DNA of 64,000 bases from the sequence record OP172785; one strand, 5' to 3'. Source of the stretch: Escherichia phage ECO07P2. The notes under the pieces are model-generated. The model was given only the letters and a program-made list of their open reading frames with translations. It was not told the origin of the DNA and made no database searches. Positions within the stretch are counted from its first letter, which is position 1, and each line of letters opens with the position of its first letter. Below, one piece after another: positions 1 through 8,634 of the stretch. The position numbers and the translations under genes were made by a program.

Positions 1-33
1 TTCATTTTCTGTTCCTCCGTAGTTGATAGTTGT

Positions 34-63
34 ATAGTACCACAGAGGAACAGTCTTGTAAAC
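34..63 (-). promoter_or_regulatory. T4-type early promoter (minus strand: GTTTAC-N18-TACTAT, then conserved ACAACTATCAACTAC start region)
   Basis: plus-strand gtaaac at 58-63 and atagta at 34-39, spacer 18; same architecture recurs 11 more times in window; drives gene beyond left edge (ATG at 3-5 with GGAGG). Confidence 0.6.
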
Positions 64-65
64 CA

Positions 66-368
66 CTAAAAGAAACTTCTTTCACAATTTTTTCCACTGA
101 ACCATGCGCTTACCGCTTTCTTAGTCTCAGGAGCAGTATTATCCATAAACCATTCAAAGGCAGCCTTTTTATGATTCTGGAGGGCTTCTCGGGCTTTAAT
201 CTGCTCACGGTCTATTAACACTAACATATGAGCCTTTCTTGTCACCATGGGCTTCTTATGATTTTTTGAATACTCCCAGTCATTTGTCCATCGCATTGTC
301 GTTGCGAATTGAAATACAGCTTCTTTAATCTTAGTTTCGTAAATTTCACGAGCCTTTGAGTATAACAT
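66..368 (-). CDS. hypothetical protein (about 101 aa)
   Basis: ORF in track; second Met at 368 is preceded by GGAGG Shine-Dalgarno so start placed there; no recognisable motif. Confidence 0.5.
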   Translation of the reverse strand: MLYSKAREIYETKIKEAVFQFATTMRWTNDWEYSKNHKKPMVTRKAHMLVLIDREQIKAREALQNHKKAAFEWFMDNTAPETKKAVSAWFSGKNCERSFF

Positions 369-469
369 CACTACCTCCATTCACCAGTTTAATTCTAGTC
401 ATCTTTTTAATGGCAGTCCATATAATCTATTTCTGAACTGCCTTTTTGTCATAGAAGTCCTCTTATGAA

Positions 470-1438
470 TTATTTCAGAAGAGTAACCTCAGCAATTTCT
501 TCCCAACCGTTTTTGTCGGTCATAATAAAGTCAGCAAGATAAAGAGCAGTACGCAGTGAAACATTGCGTAAACGATTAACATTGACTTTCATCCATGATA
601 ATGCTTTATAAGTTTCTTCATCAGAAAGACCGCGCTTTTGCATCATGTCGGTTGAAAGAATAACATCTTCAACCCTGACCATAATTTCTTCATTAGTGTG
701 AACACCCAAATCCAAATAAACTGAGCGGGACACTAATGCTTGTAAGTGTGGGGCAAGTTTAGTACCACGGTCTAATTCGCGGTCAATGTCAACGTTTGTG
801 ATAAAAACAATCGTTCCTTTAAATTCAAACTCACGGTCAATGCCTTTTTCTTCTAAGTAAGAAGATGCAGTGCTCCAGCAGACTTTACGGGTCTCTCCGG
901 TGTCCAGAGCAGCTTTTAGAAGATTAAGAATGTCCATATCAGAGAAAACATCCACATCATCAATCAAAAGGACAGAGTTCTCTTCACGATTATTCCAAAG
1001 CTGCTCATAAAGACCAATACCAGAGATTTTACCATTAATGCTTTTATATTCAATGTATCCATTATCATTTGCTTTATTTAAAGCTTTATCTAAAGAATAC
1101 GTTTTACCAATACCTGCTGCGCCAGAGATAATTAATGAACGAATATTTCCATTAATAATACCATTCGTCATCATTCCCATAACATTAAATCTTTTATTAA
1201 TGCGGGTTTTCATATCTTCATATGATTCTTTAACTTCTTCAACTTTTACACCATCATATGAAATATCTGATTTGTAAACCCAAACACCGCGACGTTTACC
1301 GTCAATTTCAACAAAAACTTTACCATCTCCTTGTGCATCTACCGGAGCATTATCTGGGAACCATTCGCCTAAGAGCTCAAAAGTTCCAGAGATTTCTTTA
1401 CCAAAGTAGATACCCTTATTGATAGTTACAGTTTTCAT
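470..1438 (-). CDS. P-loop ATPase, AAA-like (Walker A GAAGIGKT, Walker B LLIDDVD)
   Basis: ORF 322 aa from ATG at 1438 (track start at 1450 is a TTG); Walker A and B motifs read directly in translation; preceded by GGAGAA SD and early promoter. Confidence 0.7.
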   Translation of the reverse strand: MKTVTINKGIYFGKEISGTFELLGEWFPDNAPVDAQGDGKVFVEIDGKRRGVWVYKSDISYDGVKVEEVKESYEDMKTRINKRFNVMGMMTNGIINGNIRSLIISGAAGIGKTYSLDKALNKANDNGYIEYKSINGKISGIGLYEQLWNNREENSVLLIDDVDVFSDMDILNLLKAALDTGETRKVCWSTASSYLEEKGIDREFEFKGTIVFITNVDIDRELDRGTKLAPHLQALVSRSVYLDLGVHTNEEIMVRVEDVILSTDMMQKRGLSDEETYKALSWMKVNVNRLRNVSLRTALYLADFIMTDKNGWEEIAEVTLLK

Positions 1439-1475
1439 TTTATTCTCCAAATCTGTATCAGTAGTTGATAGTTGT

Positions 1476-1505
1476 ATAGTACCATAAAGCTTTATGCTTG
1501 TAAAC
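1476..1505 (-). promoter_or_regulatory. T4-type early promoter
   Basis: gtaaac 1500-1505, atagta 1476-1481, spacer 18, conserved downstream agtagttgatagttg block; upstream of ATPase gene. Confidence 0.65.
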
Positions 1506-1530
1506 AGTTTTGTGAAAAAATTTTTGAAAT

Positions 1531-1558
1531 AAAAAAAGGGGACCTCTAGGGCCCCCTT
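1531..1558 (-). terminator. rho-independent terminator (minus strand)
   Basis: minus-strand RNA GGGGGCC-CUAGA-GGUCCCC followed by U7; lies just after stop of ORF 1568-2053. Confidence 0.65.
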
Positions 1559-1567
1559 TGTGTTGAT

Positions 1568-2053
1568 TTATTCCATTTCTACTATATGCATGTTCTTTTT
1601 GCTATCAAAATATATGTTTTTAACTATTAACTCAGAATTAATTGGCAGTAAAAACTCTCTTTCATAATCTACCATACAAAGATTATCATAAAGCTTGTTA
1701 AGCTTATCATCGTCAGTTTGGCCAGATTCTTCAATTGCGATTAAATTTTCTAAAATGTCAATCATAGCAGTCGAATAGTCGAAAACGTTTGCATTTTTTA
1801 ACACTACTAAAACATTAGTCATATAGCGTTCTGCTGCAAACGTTTCAGCTATATGAGACTCACTGCTAAAGGAAGTTATTCTTTTAAATTTGATTCTCCT
1901 ATTAACTTCAAACTTATAAGATAGCACTTCCTCTATTGTAAGTCCTCTAAAAAGTATGTCTTTAATCTCAAGTTTGTCTTTAATGTAATCATTAACACGC
2001 TTATGATTAAAATCATTAATTTTGTTGCCAAGGCATTGCATTAAAATATGCAT
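1568..2053 (-). CDS. hypothetical protein (161 aa)
   Basis: ORF in track, tight packing with neighbours; no motif recognised. Confidence 0.55.
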   Translation of the reverse strand: MHILMQCLGNKINDFNHKRVNDYIKDKLEIKDILFRGLTIEEVLSYKFEVNRRIKFKRITSFSSESHIAETFAAERYMTNVLVVLKNANVFDYSTAMIDILENLIAIEESGQTDDDKLNKLYDNLCMVDYEREFLLPINSELIVKNIYFDSKKNMHIVEME

Positions 2054-2150
2054 TGTATTCTCCTCAATTTTTAAAGAGCAATTAATTAACTACACATATA
2101 TTATAATATGCTTTGCGATAGAAGTAAACAACTTTGTGACGTCATTTTAA

Positions 2151-2177
2151 ACAAAAAAGGGAGCCCGAAGGCTCCCT
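2151..2177 (-). terminator. rho-independent terminator with UUCG tetraloop (minus strand)
   Basis: minus-strand RNA GGGAGCC-UUCG-GGCUCCC followed by U6, immediately after stop of nucleotidyltransferase ORF. Confidence 0.7.
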
Positions 2178-2178
2178 A

Positions 2179-3189
2179 TCATTTATAATAACTTCGGTGG
2201 TTTTCAAGATAAACCCTCTCAAGGAAGTCATCCCAGAAACCCATGTCTACTTTTTGCTGCATACCGTTCTTAGAAGCTTCAATGGATGCTGCTTCTACTT
2301 GATCGACCACATCTTCCAAAAACTCTTGAACAGTTTTAAATGGATGTTTACCCAACTTCACGTCGAGAATAAATGGAGCATCTTGAAGTGGATAAACCAA
2401 GTCACCAGTTTTGTAAATTTCCAATAGTTGGAGTCCACCACGACAAGCATGACTCAGAGCTTTCCAGTCAATGCCCTCATTCGCTTCAGCCTTACGAGCA
2501 CGTTCGCCGTATTCAGCATCAAGTTTATTCAAAGACTGCTTAAGCTCAATAAGAGAAAGTGTTGTCTGATATTTACGACCCAACACAGTGTAAAACGTTT
2601 GTGGACCTGTTTTCTCATGATTATGGAACACCCATTCACAGAACTCGTTTTCTGGAAGACGATGCTTAATATCTTCAACTTTAGTGCGACGCTGCTTAAT
2701 GGAACCGTCTTCTTGGTAATCAACCCACTGATCAGGGATTTGATTAACTACTTTCAATACATCACGTAATGCGGCCAAACGAGAACCCTTGACACCATAT
2801 TTAGAAGCTTGCTTGCGGACATATCCTAAATAAGATTTCATGTTAGTTGTATAAAAACGAGAACGATTGTCTTGGATAAATTTCCATACATCAGGTAAAT
2901 CAGATTTAACCACTAGTTCAGGTGGAGTGTGGAGCATATCCAATGCTACAGTTTCACCATCTGCAGCTAATTTAAAGAAATACTTAAGACTGTATAGTTC
3001 ATGGTCAATATCATCTTTAGTGTTTTTAGATGATGTGTTGTTCGTGTTTTTACTCATATGCTCTTTAACATTTCCGATAAGAATATCGCGAGCAGGAGGA
3101 ACAAAGATTTCTTTAAAATCTACATCAGATTCTGGAGTAGAAGTTCCATAAAGATGACTACCAAAATAGCTTTTCATTACTGTTTTCAT
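2179..3189 (-). CDS. Pol-beta superfamily minimal nucleotidyltransferase-like protein (GS-x3-GT-x4-SDVD motif)
   Basis: 336 aa ORF; N-terminal FGSHLYGTSTPESDVDF matches the GS...[DE]x[DE] nucleotidyltransferase signature; long helical C-terminal region; family assignment by motif only. Confidence 0.6.
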   Translation of the reverse strand: MKTVMKSYFGSHLYGTSTPESDVDFKEIFVPPARDILIGNVKEHMSKNTNNTSSKNTKDDIDHELYSLKYFFKLAADGETVALDMLHTPPELVVKSDLPDVWKFIQDNRSRFYTTNMKSYLGYVRKQASKYGVKGSRLAALRDVLKVVNQIPDQWVDYQEDGSIKQRRTKVEDIKHRLPENEFCEWVFHNHEKTGPQTFYTVLGRKYQTTLSLIELKQSLNKLDAEYGERARKAEANEGIDWKALSHACRGGLQLLEIYKTGDLVYPLQDAPFILDVKLGKHPFKTVQEFLEDVVDQVEAASIEASKNGMQQKVDMGFWDDFLERVYLENHRSYYK

Positions 3190-3650
3190 TATTCAGCCTT
3201 ATATTCAATAACAGGACATACTTTAGCTTTACGCGCTTTTAAAAATTCGACGATAATAGATTTCTTTGGTTGAATAGGAGGTAAACCTTTATACGCCCTA
3301 TCAATATTTTCTACATGTAAAGCATAATCCTTTTTCCATTTATAATCTTTATATTTTTCATGCAGTTGTGCAGGAATAACAAATGAACCAATAATAAGTA
3401 AAACAAGCAAAATAGCAAGTATAAATGCTGATGGAATAAGAGTCCATAAACTACCAAAAATAAGCCATTTCTGCATAATTTCTGCGCAGATGATAGTTAG
3501 ACCTGCGAGTATAGTACATCCGAAAAAAGAAACGAAAAATGTAGGAATAACAATAGACCAAAAATACGCGCACAGTGTCTTAGGTCGTTTCCATTCATCA
3601 TTAAACATTTTGAATAATTTATAGTGCCAAGAGTTTTCATTAATAATCAT
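3189..3650 (-). CDS. membrane protein (predicted transmembrane helices)
   Basis: 153 aa ORF with two long hydrophobic stretches (FWSIVIPTFFVSFFGCTILAGLTIICA and WTLIPSAFILAILLVLLIIGSFVIP). Confidence 0.6.
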   Translation of the reverse strand: MIINENSWHYKLFKMFNDEWKRPKTLCAYFWSIVIPTFFVSFFGCTILAGLTIICAEIMQKWLIFGSLWTLIPSAFILAILLVLLIIGSFVIPAQLHEKYKDYKWKKDYALHVENIDRAYKGLPPIQPKKSIIVEFLKARKAKVCPVIEYKAE

Positions 3651-3652
3651 AA

Positions 3653-4174
3653 TTATCCTTTCATTGAAGGTGTAACAGTTGTTAAATACTTAATCATAGC
3701 TTCAGCTTCTGATTTTGATAATGAAATTTCTCCATTGTTTTGACGAATAGAAATAAAATCCGGATGACGGTCACCACCAGCTTTTAAAACACACATATAA
3801 GTATCAGTTTCATCTTCAATATTTGAAATAATTGAAGCAGTTCCGCATGAATGCGGTTTTTGATAAATCAATACGGCTTTTCTTCCACCGTTTGACTGTT
3901 CATAAACTTTTAACACATCAAACAAATCACTTCTTTTATCAATAGCTAAGATGTTGTTTTCATCTTCAATGTTAAATCCTTCGGATACTTCATAAAGTGT
4001 CACCCATAAATCACCTATATCGATAGTAGCATTTTCCTTTCCATGACTTTCAAGAGTATGACAAATTTTCTTGATTTCGTCATAACTCATTTTAATAATA
4101 TCATCTCCTTGAATAAGGAAGATGTCATTTTTAAATTCAATACGAATTAAACCACTTTCACTCGAAATAAACAT
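3653..4174 (-). CDS. hypothetical protein, paralog of adjacent ORF 4182-4739
   Basis: 173 aa; shares GFNIE(D/S)E and C-terminal (A/E)xxK(T/Y)YL(D/T)(S/T)V(I/T)P(T/S)M with neighbour. Confidence 0.6.
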   Translation of the reverse strand: MFISSESGLIRIEFKNDIFLIQGDDIIKMSYDEIKKICHTLESHGKENATIDIGDLWVTLYEVSEGFNIEDENNILAIDKRSDLFDVLKVYEQSNGGRKAVLIYQKPHSCGTASIISNIEDETDTYMCVLKAGGDRHPDFISIRQNNGEISLSKSEAEAMIKYLTTVTPSMKG

Positions 4175-4181
4175 ATTTTCC

Positions 4182-4739
4182 TCACTTTGAAATCATAGTT
4201 GGAATGACAGAATCAAGATAAGTCTTTAGCGCAATAGCTTCGTCTTTGGTAAATGTGACAATATGTGATCGAAAATCGTCAATTTGGCGAATAGTTAAGA
4301 CATCTCCCTCTTCATAACATTTTGATACATTTAAAAGAGTTTCATCATTCTGATTGCAAGCGTTAGTAATAATAGCATTGCAATTTTTGAGCCATTTTAA
4401 ACTATGTTTTCTTTCATTAGAATAATAAAAATATTTAATCTTAGCTATAAAATTATCCCAATTATTAATTGATAAGCATATCGACTCGCTTTCAATATTA
4501 AATCCTGGGCATAAAGAATAAAAATGAATTTTATGCTCATCATTAATGCTTACAATTTTATCAGTATAAGGTTTTTCAATTTGGGTTAAATGAATAATTT
4601 CGCTAGGCGTAAAATATAGCATATCGTCTTCTTGCGTCAAACGATACATATTATTTACTTTTTCTATAGCCAATTCACCAAAAAGTGAACTAACTTCTAA
4701 TACTAATCGTTTCATATTGATTCTCTTCGACTCACTCAC
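4182..4739 (-). CDS. hypothetical protein, paralog of adjacent ORF 3653-4174
   Basis: 185 aa; first codon at 4739 is GTG with AGGAG 8 nt upstream, alternative ATG at 4715; C-terminal similarity to neighbour. Confidence 0.5.
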   Translation of the reverse strand: MSESKRINMKRLVLEVSSLFGELAIEKVNNMYRLTQEDDMLYFTPSEIIHLTQIEKPYTDKIVSINDEHKIHFYSLCPGFNIESESICLSINNWDNFIAKIKYFYYSNERKHSLKWLKNCNAIITNACNQNDETLLNVSKCYEEGDVLTIRQIDDFRSHIVTFTKDEAIALKTYLDSVIPTMISK

Positions 4740-4766
4740 AATTACATACTCCTTTGAATAATATCA

Positions 4767-4796
4767 ATAATATTGTTCACCAGATTATAAGTAAAC
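4767..4796 (-). promoter_or_regulatory. T4-type early promoter (proximal of a tandem pair)
   Basis: gtaaac 4791-4796, ataata 4767-4772 (TATTAT on minus), spacer 18. Confidence 0.5.
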
Positions 4797-4874
4797 ATCG
4801 GGTAATTATATTGAATCATCACATACACAACAAACAAAACTTTCATTCTCTTCTCCCTGGCAGTTGACAAGATT

Positions 4875-4904
4875 ACTATACCATAACCTTGCCAACTTGT
4901 AAAC
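4875..4904 (-). promoter_or_regulatory. T4-type early promoter (distal of a tandem pair)
   Basis: gtaaac 4899-4904, actata 4875-4880 (TATAGT on minus), spacer 18. Confidence 0.5.
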
Positions 4905-5069
4905 CATTAAATGACGTTTTCAATAAAATTCTGAAGCTTTGTGTGAGCATCAACCATGATTTTCATTTCTTCCTTTGCGAAAGCTGTACCTCTTTCCCGA
5001 GAAGAATACTCATAGTCAGAAACTGCATTAGCGTATTCTTCAATTAGCTTCATTAAAAACATCTGCTTT

Positions 5070-5264
5070 TCAGTTTTCATTATTCCACCTAATCATTTCA
5101 AGATATTGAACTAACTTAGCTTTGGATTTATCCAAATCTCTTTTAGCTGCTTCTATACCGTCGTATGAATATCCTTCACAATGCTCAACTGCTAATTGAT
5201 ATGAATCTATTTCAACATCACGTACTAATTTAATGATTTTTTCAAACTGTTCGTGTGTCAGCAT
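5070..5264 (-). CDS. small hypothetical protein (64 aa)
   Basis: ORF in track with ATG at 5262-5264; acidic helical-looking sequence. Confidence 0.45.
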   Translation of the reverse strand: MLTHEQFEKIIKLVRDVEIDSYQLAVEHCEGYSYDGIEAAKRDLDKSKAKLVQYLEMIRWNNEN

Positions 5265-5266
5265 AC

Positions 5267-5449
5267 TTAAACTCTCGTATTATGATCGATAATTTCATCA
5301 AGAAACATATCTAAAGCTTCTACAGCATTATCAACTTTAGCTTCAAATTCTTCAATACCTGATAAGGCAAAGTTAACGCGTTCCTCATCTGCTTTGCGAA
5401 TTAAAGCTACCAATTCTTTAATTTTATCTGCTTGTTCGATACTAATCAT
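5267..5449 (-). CDS. small hypothetical protein (about 60 aa)
   Basis: start moved to ATG at 5449 (GGTGG SD) which overlaps stop of upstream gene. Confidence 0.45.
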   Translation of the reverse strand: MISIEQADKIKELVALIRKADEERVNFALSGIEEFEAKVDNAVEALDMFLDEIIDHNTRV

Positions 5450-5637
5450 TATTCCACCACATATGAAAGAGAGAATATTGCACACGCCATATGAGTTGCA
5501 GCTTCATCACACATATCATAACGTTTCTTAAGAAGTTCTTCAAGTTCTTCACTGGTAACTTCATCCATGTCGACGAAAAAATCACCATTAATGATGACGT
5601 AGATATTTCCTTCTTGATTAAGTGCTTCAATTTTCAT
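5449..5637 (-). CDS. small acidic hypothetical protein (62 aa)
   Basis: start moved to ATG at 5637 preceded by AGAGGAG SD; track ORF extends to 5682 only for lack of a stop. Confidence 0.5.
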   Translation of the reverse strand: MKIEALNQEGNIYVIINGDFFVDMDEVTSEELEELLKKRYDMCDEAATHMACAIFSLSYVVE

Positions 5638-5665
5638 GATGTTCTCCTCTTTATCCGATGGTTGT

Positions 5666-5695
5666 ATAGTATCACAGCTCAAATGGAAAGTAAAC
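5666..5695 (-). promoter_or_regulatory. T4-type early promoter
   Basis: gtaaac 5690-5695, atagta 5666-5671, spacer 18. Confidence 0.6.
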
Positions 5696-5704
5696 CGGTA
5701 AAAT

Positions 5705-5728
5705 GAAAAAAGTCTCCCGAAGGAGACT
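5705..5728 (-). terminator. rho-independent terminator with UUCG tetraloop (minus strand)
   Basis: minus-strand RNA AGUCUCC-UUCG-GGAGACU followed by U6; directly after stop of ORF 5733-6119. Confidence 0.7.
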
Positions 5729-5732
5729 AATG

Positions 5733-6119
5733 TTATTCGAGGGAAAGAAGATACTTACTCTGGTAAAACATTCCAGTAATATCATCTATCGTGCTTTGAA
5801 TGGCTGGAGGCATTTCTTTGTAAATGCTGTTAGATTGGTCTAGTATGCGATCAATCATTTTAACTGTATCAGTAGGAAGTTTACTGGCATCCGGAATTGA
5901 CGGTGTGTATTTTCTACCAGAATACCCCAAATATTGCTCACCAAATTTATCAATCAAATCTGGCAACTCAGAGAAAATAAAATCGTATGCTTTGTGTCTA
6001 GCATAACTTTTAGTTTCAAAATGCGCAGAATGAAAATAAGCTTGCGCAGCCATTAATAAACCTAAGTATTCATCTGCCTTTGAAGGTTTTCCGCTTTGTG
6101 AAAAGTCGCTGAATTTCAT
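5733..6119 (-). CDS. rI.-1: hypothetical protein at the T4 rI.-1 position
   Basis: 128 aa ORF immediately downstream of rI; length and position match T4 rI.-1 as I recall it. Confidence 0.6.
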   Translation of the reverse strand: MKFSDFSQSGKPSKADEYLGLLMAAQAYFHSAHFETKSYARHKAYDFIFSELPDLIDKFGEQYLGYSGRKYTPSIPDASKLPTDTVKMIDRILDQSNSIYKEMPPAIQSTIDDITGMFYQSKYLLSLE

Positions 6120-6409
6120 TCAGTCTCCAATTTAATGTTCATAATTCTAGCGTATGATTGTGCCATCTCCGCGCCTCGCTCTATACATTCAAAATCGGAA
6201 GAGCACGGGTCATTTTTATAGGTCGTTCGCATAAAACTATAGAACTGTTCAGATGATTCTACGCTTTTATTTTCAAAAAGCGTATAAACATGTCTAATAC
6301 CAGATTCCATAAATTTATCAAAATGAGGATCGACGTTCGCTTCAATCGGCGGAGATAAAACAAACGCTAATCCTAGCATGGCGAATAGTGCCGCTGCTTT
6401 TAAGGCCAT
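6116..6409 (-). CDS. rI: lysis inhibition regulator RI (antiholin)
   Basis: 97 aa; MALKAAALFAMLGLAFVLSPPIEANVDPHFDKFMESGIRHVY... matches T4 RI nearly residue for residue; N-terminal signal-anchor; AGGAGG SD. Confidence 0.9.
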   Translation of the reverse strand: MALKAAALFAMLGLAFVLSPPIEANVDPHFDKFMESGIRHVYTLFENKSVESSEQFYSFMRTTYKNDPCSSDFECIERGAEMAQSYARIMNIKLETE

Positions 6410-6421
6410 AAAGGCCTCCTA

Positions 6422-6634
6422 TCATTTTTGTCCTGTATTTACTTTATGCCGATGCACGGCCTTAACTTTATCAAGGTATTTTTCAAAATTTCGCAATCTA
6501 GTATAGTCTGCCGGAGATTGGTTGAGTGATACTTCTCGACGCAAAGCTGAAATGATATTTCCAACTTCCCTACGAATTTCATCTAATTGAAGAACAGTAA
6601 GATTGCGAAGTTGCTTTTCAGTTAATTGTAGCAT
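6422..6634 (-). CDS. rI.1: hypothetical protein at the T4 rI.1 position
   Basis: 70 aa ORF between tk and rI. Confidence 0.5.
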
Positions 6635-6682
6635 ATATACATATACCCCTTTAGTTAGATAAATCTATTTATAACTTTTGCA

Positions 6683-7264
6683 CTAACCGAGCTTTTTAGT
6701 TAATTCATTCCAATGTTTTCTGCACAAAGAAACATAAATTTCATCACCAATACAGATTTGATTACCTTCTTTAACTGGTGTTCCATCTTCCATTAATCGA
6801 GCTGTCATAATCGCTTTTTTACCACAATGACAAACTGCTTTTAGTTCAATAAGTTTATCTGCAATTGCCAAAAGTTCTTTAGAACCTTCAAATAATTTTC
6901 CAGCGAAATCAGTCCTTAGACCATAAGCCATAACAGGAACATTATATGTATCAACAATTCGGCTTAATTGATGCACCTGTTCAGTTTTTAAAAACTGAGC
7001 TTCATCTACAAATACACAATGAATATCTTTTTGTGCTTCAGCCCATTTATAGAACTCAAAAATATCCATATCATCCGTAATAATATTCGCTTCCTGCTTA
7101 ATTCCAATGCGAGAAACGACTTCACAGACAGAATCGCGAGTATCAATAGCAGGTTTAAGAACTAATACACTCATTCCACGTTCTTTATAATTATGTGCAG
7201 CAGTCAAAAGAGAAGCAGATTTTCCAGCATTCATTGCTGCATAAGTAAAAATTAAACTCGCCAT
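6683..7264 (-). CDS. tk: thymidine kinase
   Basis: 193 aa; P-loop FTYAAMNAGKS and C-terminal zinc-binding CxxC...CRKH typical of type II thymidine kinase; same length as T4 Tk. Confidence 0.95.
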   Translation of the reverse strand: MASLIFTYAAMNAGKSASLLTAAHNYKERGMSVLVLKPAIDTRDSVCEVVSRIGIKQEANIITDDMDIFEFYKWAEAQKDIHCVFVDEAQFLKTEQVHQLSRIVDTYNVPVMAYGLRTDFAGKLFEGSKELLAIADKLIELKAVCHCGKKAIMTARLMEDGTPVKEGNQICIGDEIYVSLCRKHWNELTKKLG

Positions 7265-7265
7265 C

Positions 7266-7454
7266 TTAGTCCTTAGTTAAATTTTCTAAATATGTTTCTA
7301 AATCATTTTCAGCTTTATCGATAGATTTTACTAATTCGTAGTATGTTTTAGCATCTCCATAATCCGAAGCCAATTCAAAAGATAAATCTCGTTCTAAACT
7401 AATAATTTCGCTGATTAAAAATCGTATTTCATTCTTTTGTTCGCGAGTAATCAT
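7266..7454 (-). CDS. small hypothetical protein (tk.1 position)
   Basis: 62 aa ORF, translationally coupled to neighbours. Confidence 0.45.
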   Translation of the reverse strand: MITREQKNEIRFLISEIISLERDLSFELASDYGDAKTYYELVKSIDKAENDLETYLENLTKD

Positions 7455-7657
7455 AAGGAATTTATATAATCAATAAGTTCTTGTTCTTTATCGTCGAAAT
7501 CTTTACACAGTTCTTCGTATTCATCGGTATTAAAAGGACCGCATTCATCGCAAACTTTTTCCAATTCACTATTTTTATCCATAACTTCGTGAATAAGAGA
7601 AAACAGTCTGTCTTTTTGTTCTTTACTTAAACTCATAACCATGTAACCTTTAAGCAA
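7451..7657 (-). CDS. small hypothetical protein (tk.2 position), Cys-containing
   Basis: 68 aa ORF; CDECGP motif. Confidence 0.45.
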   Translation of the reverse strand: MLKGYMVMSLSKEQKDRLFSLIHEVMDKNSELEKVCDECGPFNTDEYEELCKDFDDKEQELIDYINSL

Positions 7658-7845
7658 TATTCTTCTACATGTTGTTTACGACCTTTCTTATCAATAAAGG
7701 TATATTCAACGAATGTTCCAATATAGTCTTTATCTACATCATGCGGACTATTAATTGGGCATTTAGTACGGCAAATGCGTTCCCATTGACGAATAATTTC
7801 TGCTTTGTTTTTAGGATCAAACGGATGCGGGTAATGTACTTTCAT
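7633..7845 (-). CDS. small hypothetical protein (tk.3 position)
   Basis: 70 aa ORF. Confidence 0.45.
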   Translation of the reverse strand: MKVHYPHPFDPKNKAEIIRQWERICRTKCPINSPHDVDKDYIGTFVEYTFIDKKGRKQHVEEYCLKVTWL

Positions 7846-8296
7846 AATCCACCACTATTAAATCAATATCAGGAGTAAACATATCGATTAATTTAGAAAC
7901 CTTATCCCAATCACCGCCAGCAATACCACAACCTATGCGTGGAATGTAAATTACTGGTTTAAATAAAAGGGTTTCTGCCTGTAGATTTAATTCTATCATG
8001 CAGTTTACTAAAGCACCATAATCAAGATTAGGACCCGGTTCGTATTGCGTATACAGGTTATAGCATATACCAAATCCTGCAGGATTATGTTTAAAAACAA
8101 TAGACATATCGCCTAATTTATCACGAGAACCGTACTCAGTAGTGGTTTTATCTATTTCTAAAATTTTAGGATAGGCTCTTGCTAATTGACCCGCTACACC
8201 TGAACCCATAGTATGAAAACAGTTGCACCCGTGCGCAATAATATTACCTTGAAGAAATAGGGCGACAATATCGCCCTTGATATATTTTACAATCAT
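7817..8296 (-). CDS. macro-domain protein (ADP-ribose binding or processing fold)
   Basis: 159 aa; HGCNCFHTMGSGVAGQL and GCGIAGG glycine-rich motifs typical of macro domains; occupies T4 tk.4 position. Confidence 0.65.
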   Translation of the reverse strand: MIVKYIKGDIVALFLQGNIIAHGCNCFHTMGSGVAGQLARAYPKILEIDKTTTEYGSRDKLGDMSIVFKHNPAGFGICYNLYTQYEPGPNLDYGALVNCMIELNLQAETLLFKPVIYIPRIGCGIAGGDWDKVSKLIDMFTPDIDLIVVDYESTLPASV

Positions 8297-8634
8297 CTAG
8301 TACTCAATCCTCGATTATAAGAATCTACCAAACGGTCAACCATTGAATGACAAGCGGCTTTATCTTTCTCCTCCGCAACTGAACATTCTAAGGTATTCCA
8401 CTTTTTAGCATATCGTTTTAATAAAGTATCGTTCTTGTATCTACTTGTTTTATCTCTTTCTCCGTCTTTATATGCATATATTAATTTCTGCGCAAATTCA
8501 GCTTGGCATGCTTTATTTTTCCCACAATAATCCGCGGCAGTACGGTTTACATACTCTCTAACTTCAGAATATGATATATCTGCTAACGCAGAAAATGAAA
8601 TTAATCCTACACATAAAACCAAAATTTTAGTCAT
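8293..8634 (-). CDS. secreted Cys-containing protein (position of T4 vs)
   Basis: 113 aa; N-terminal signal peptide MTKILVLCVGLISFSALA; identity with T4 Vs not verified. Confidence 0.5.
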   Translation of the reverse strand: MTKILVLCVGLISFSALADISYSEVREYVNRTAADYCGKNKACQAEFAQKLIYAYKDGERDKTSRYKNDTLLKRYAKKWNTLECSVAEEKDKAACHSMVDRLVDSYNRGLSTR

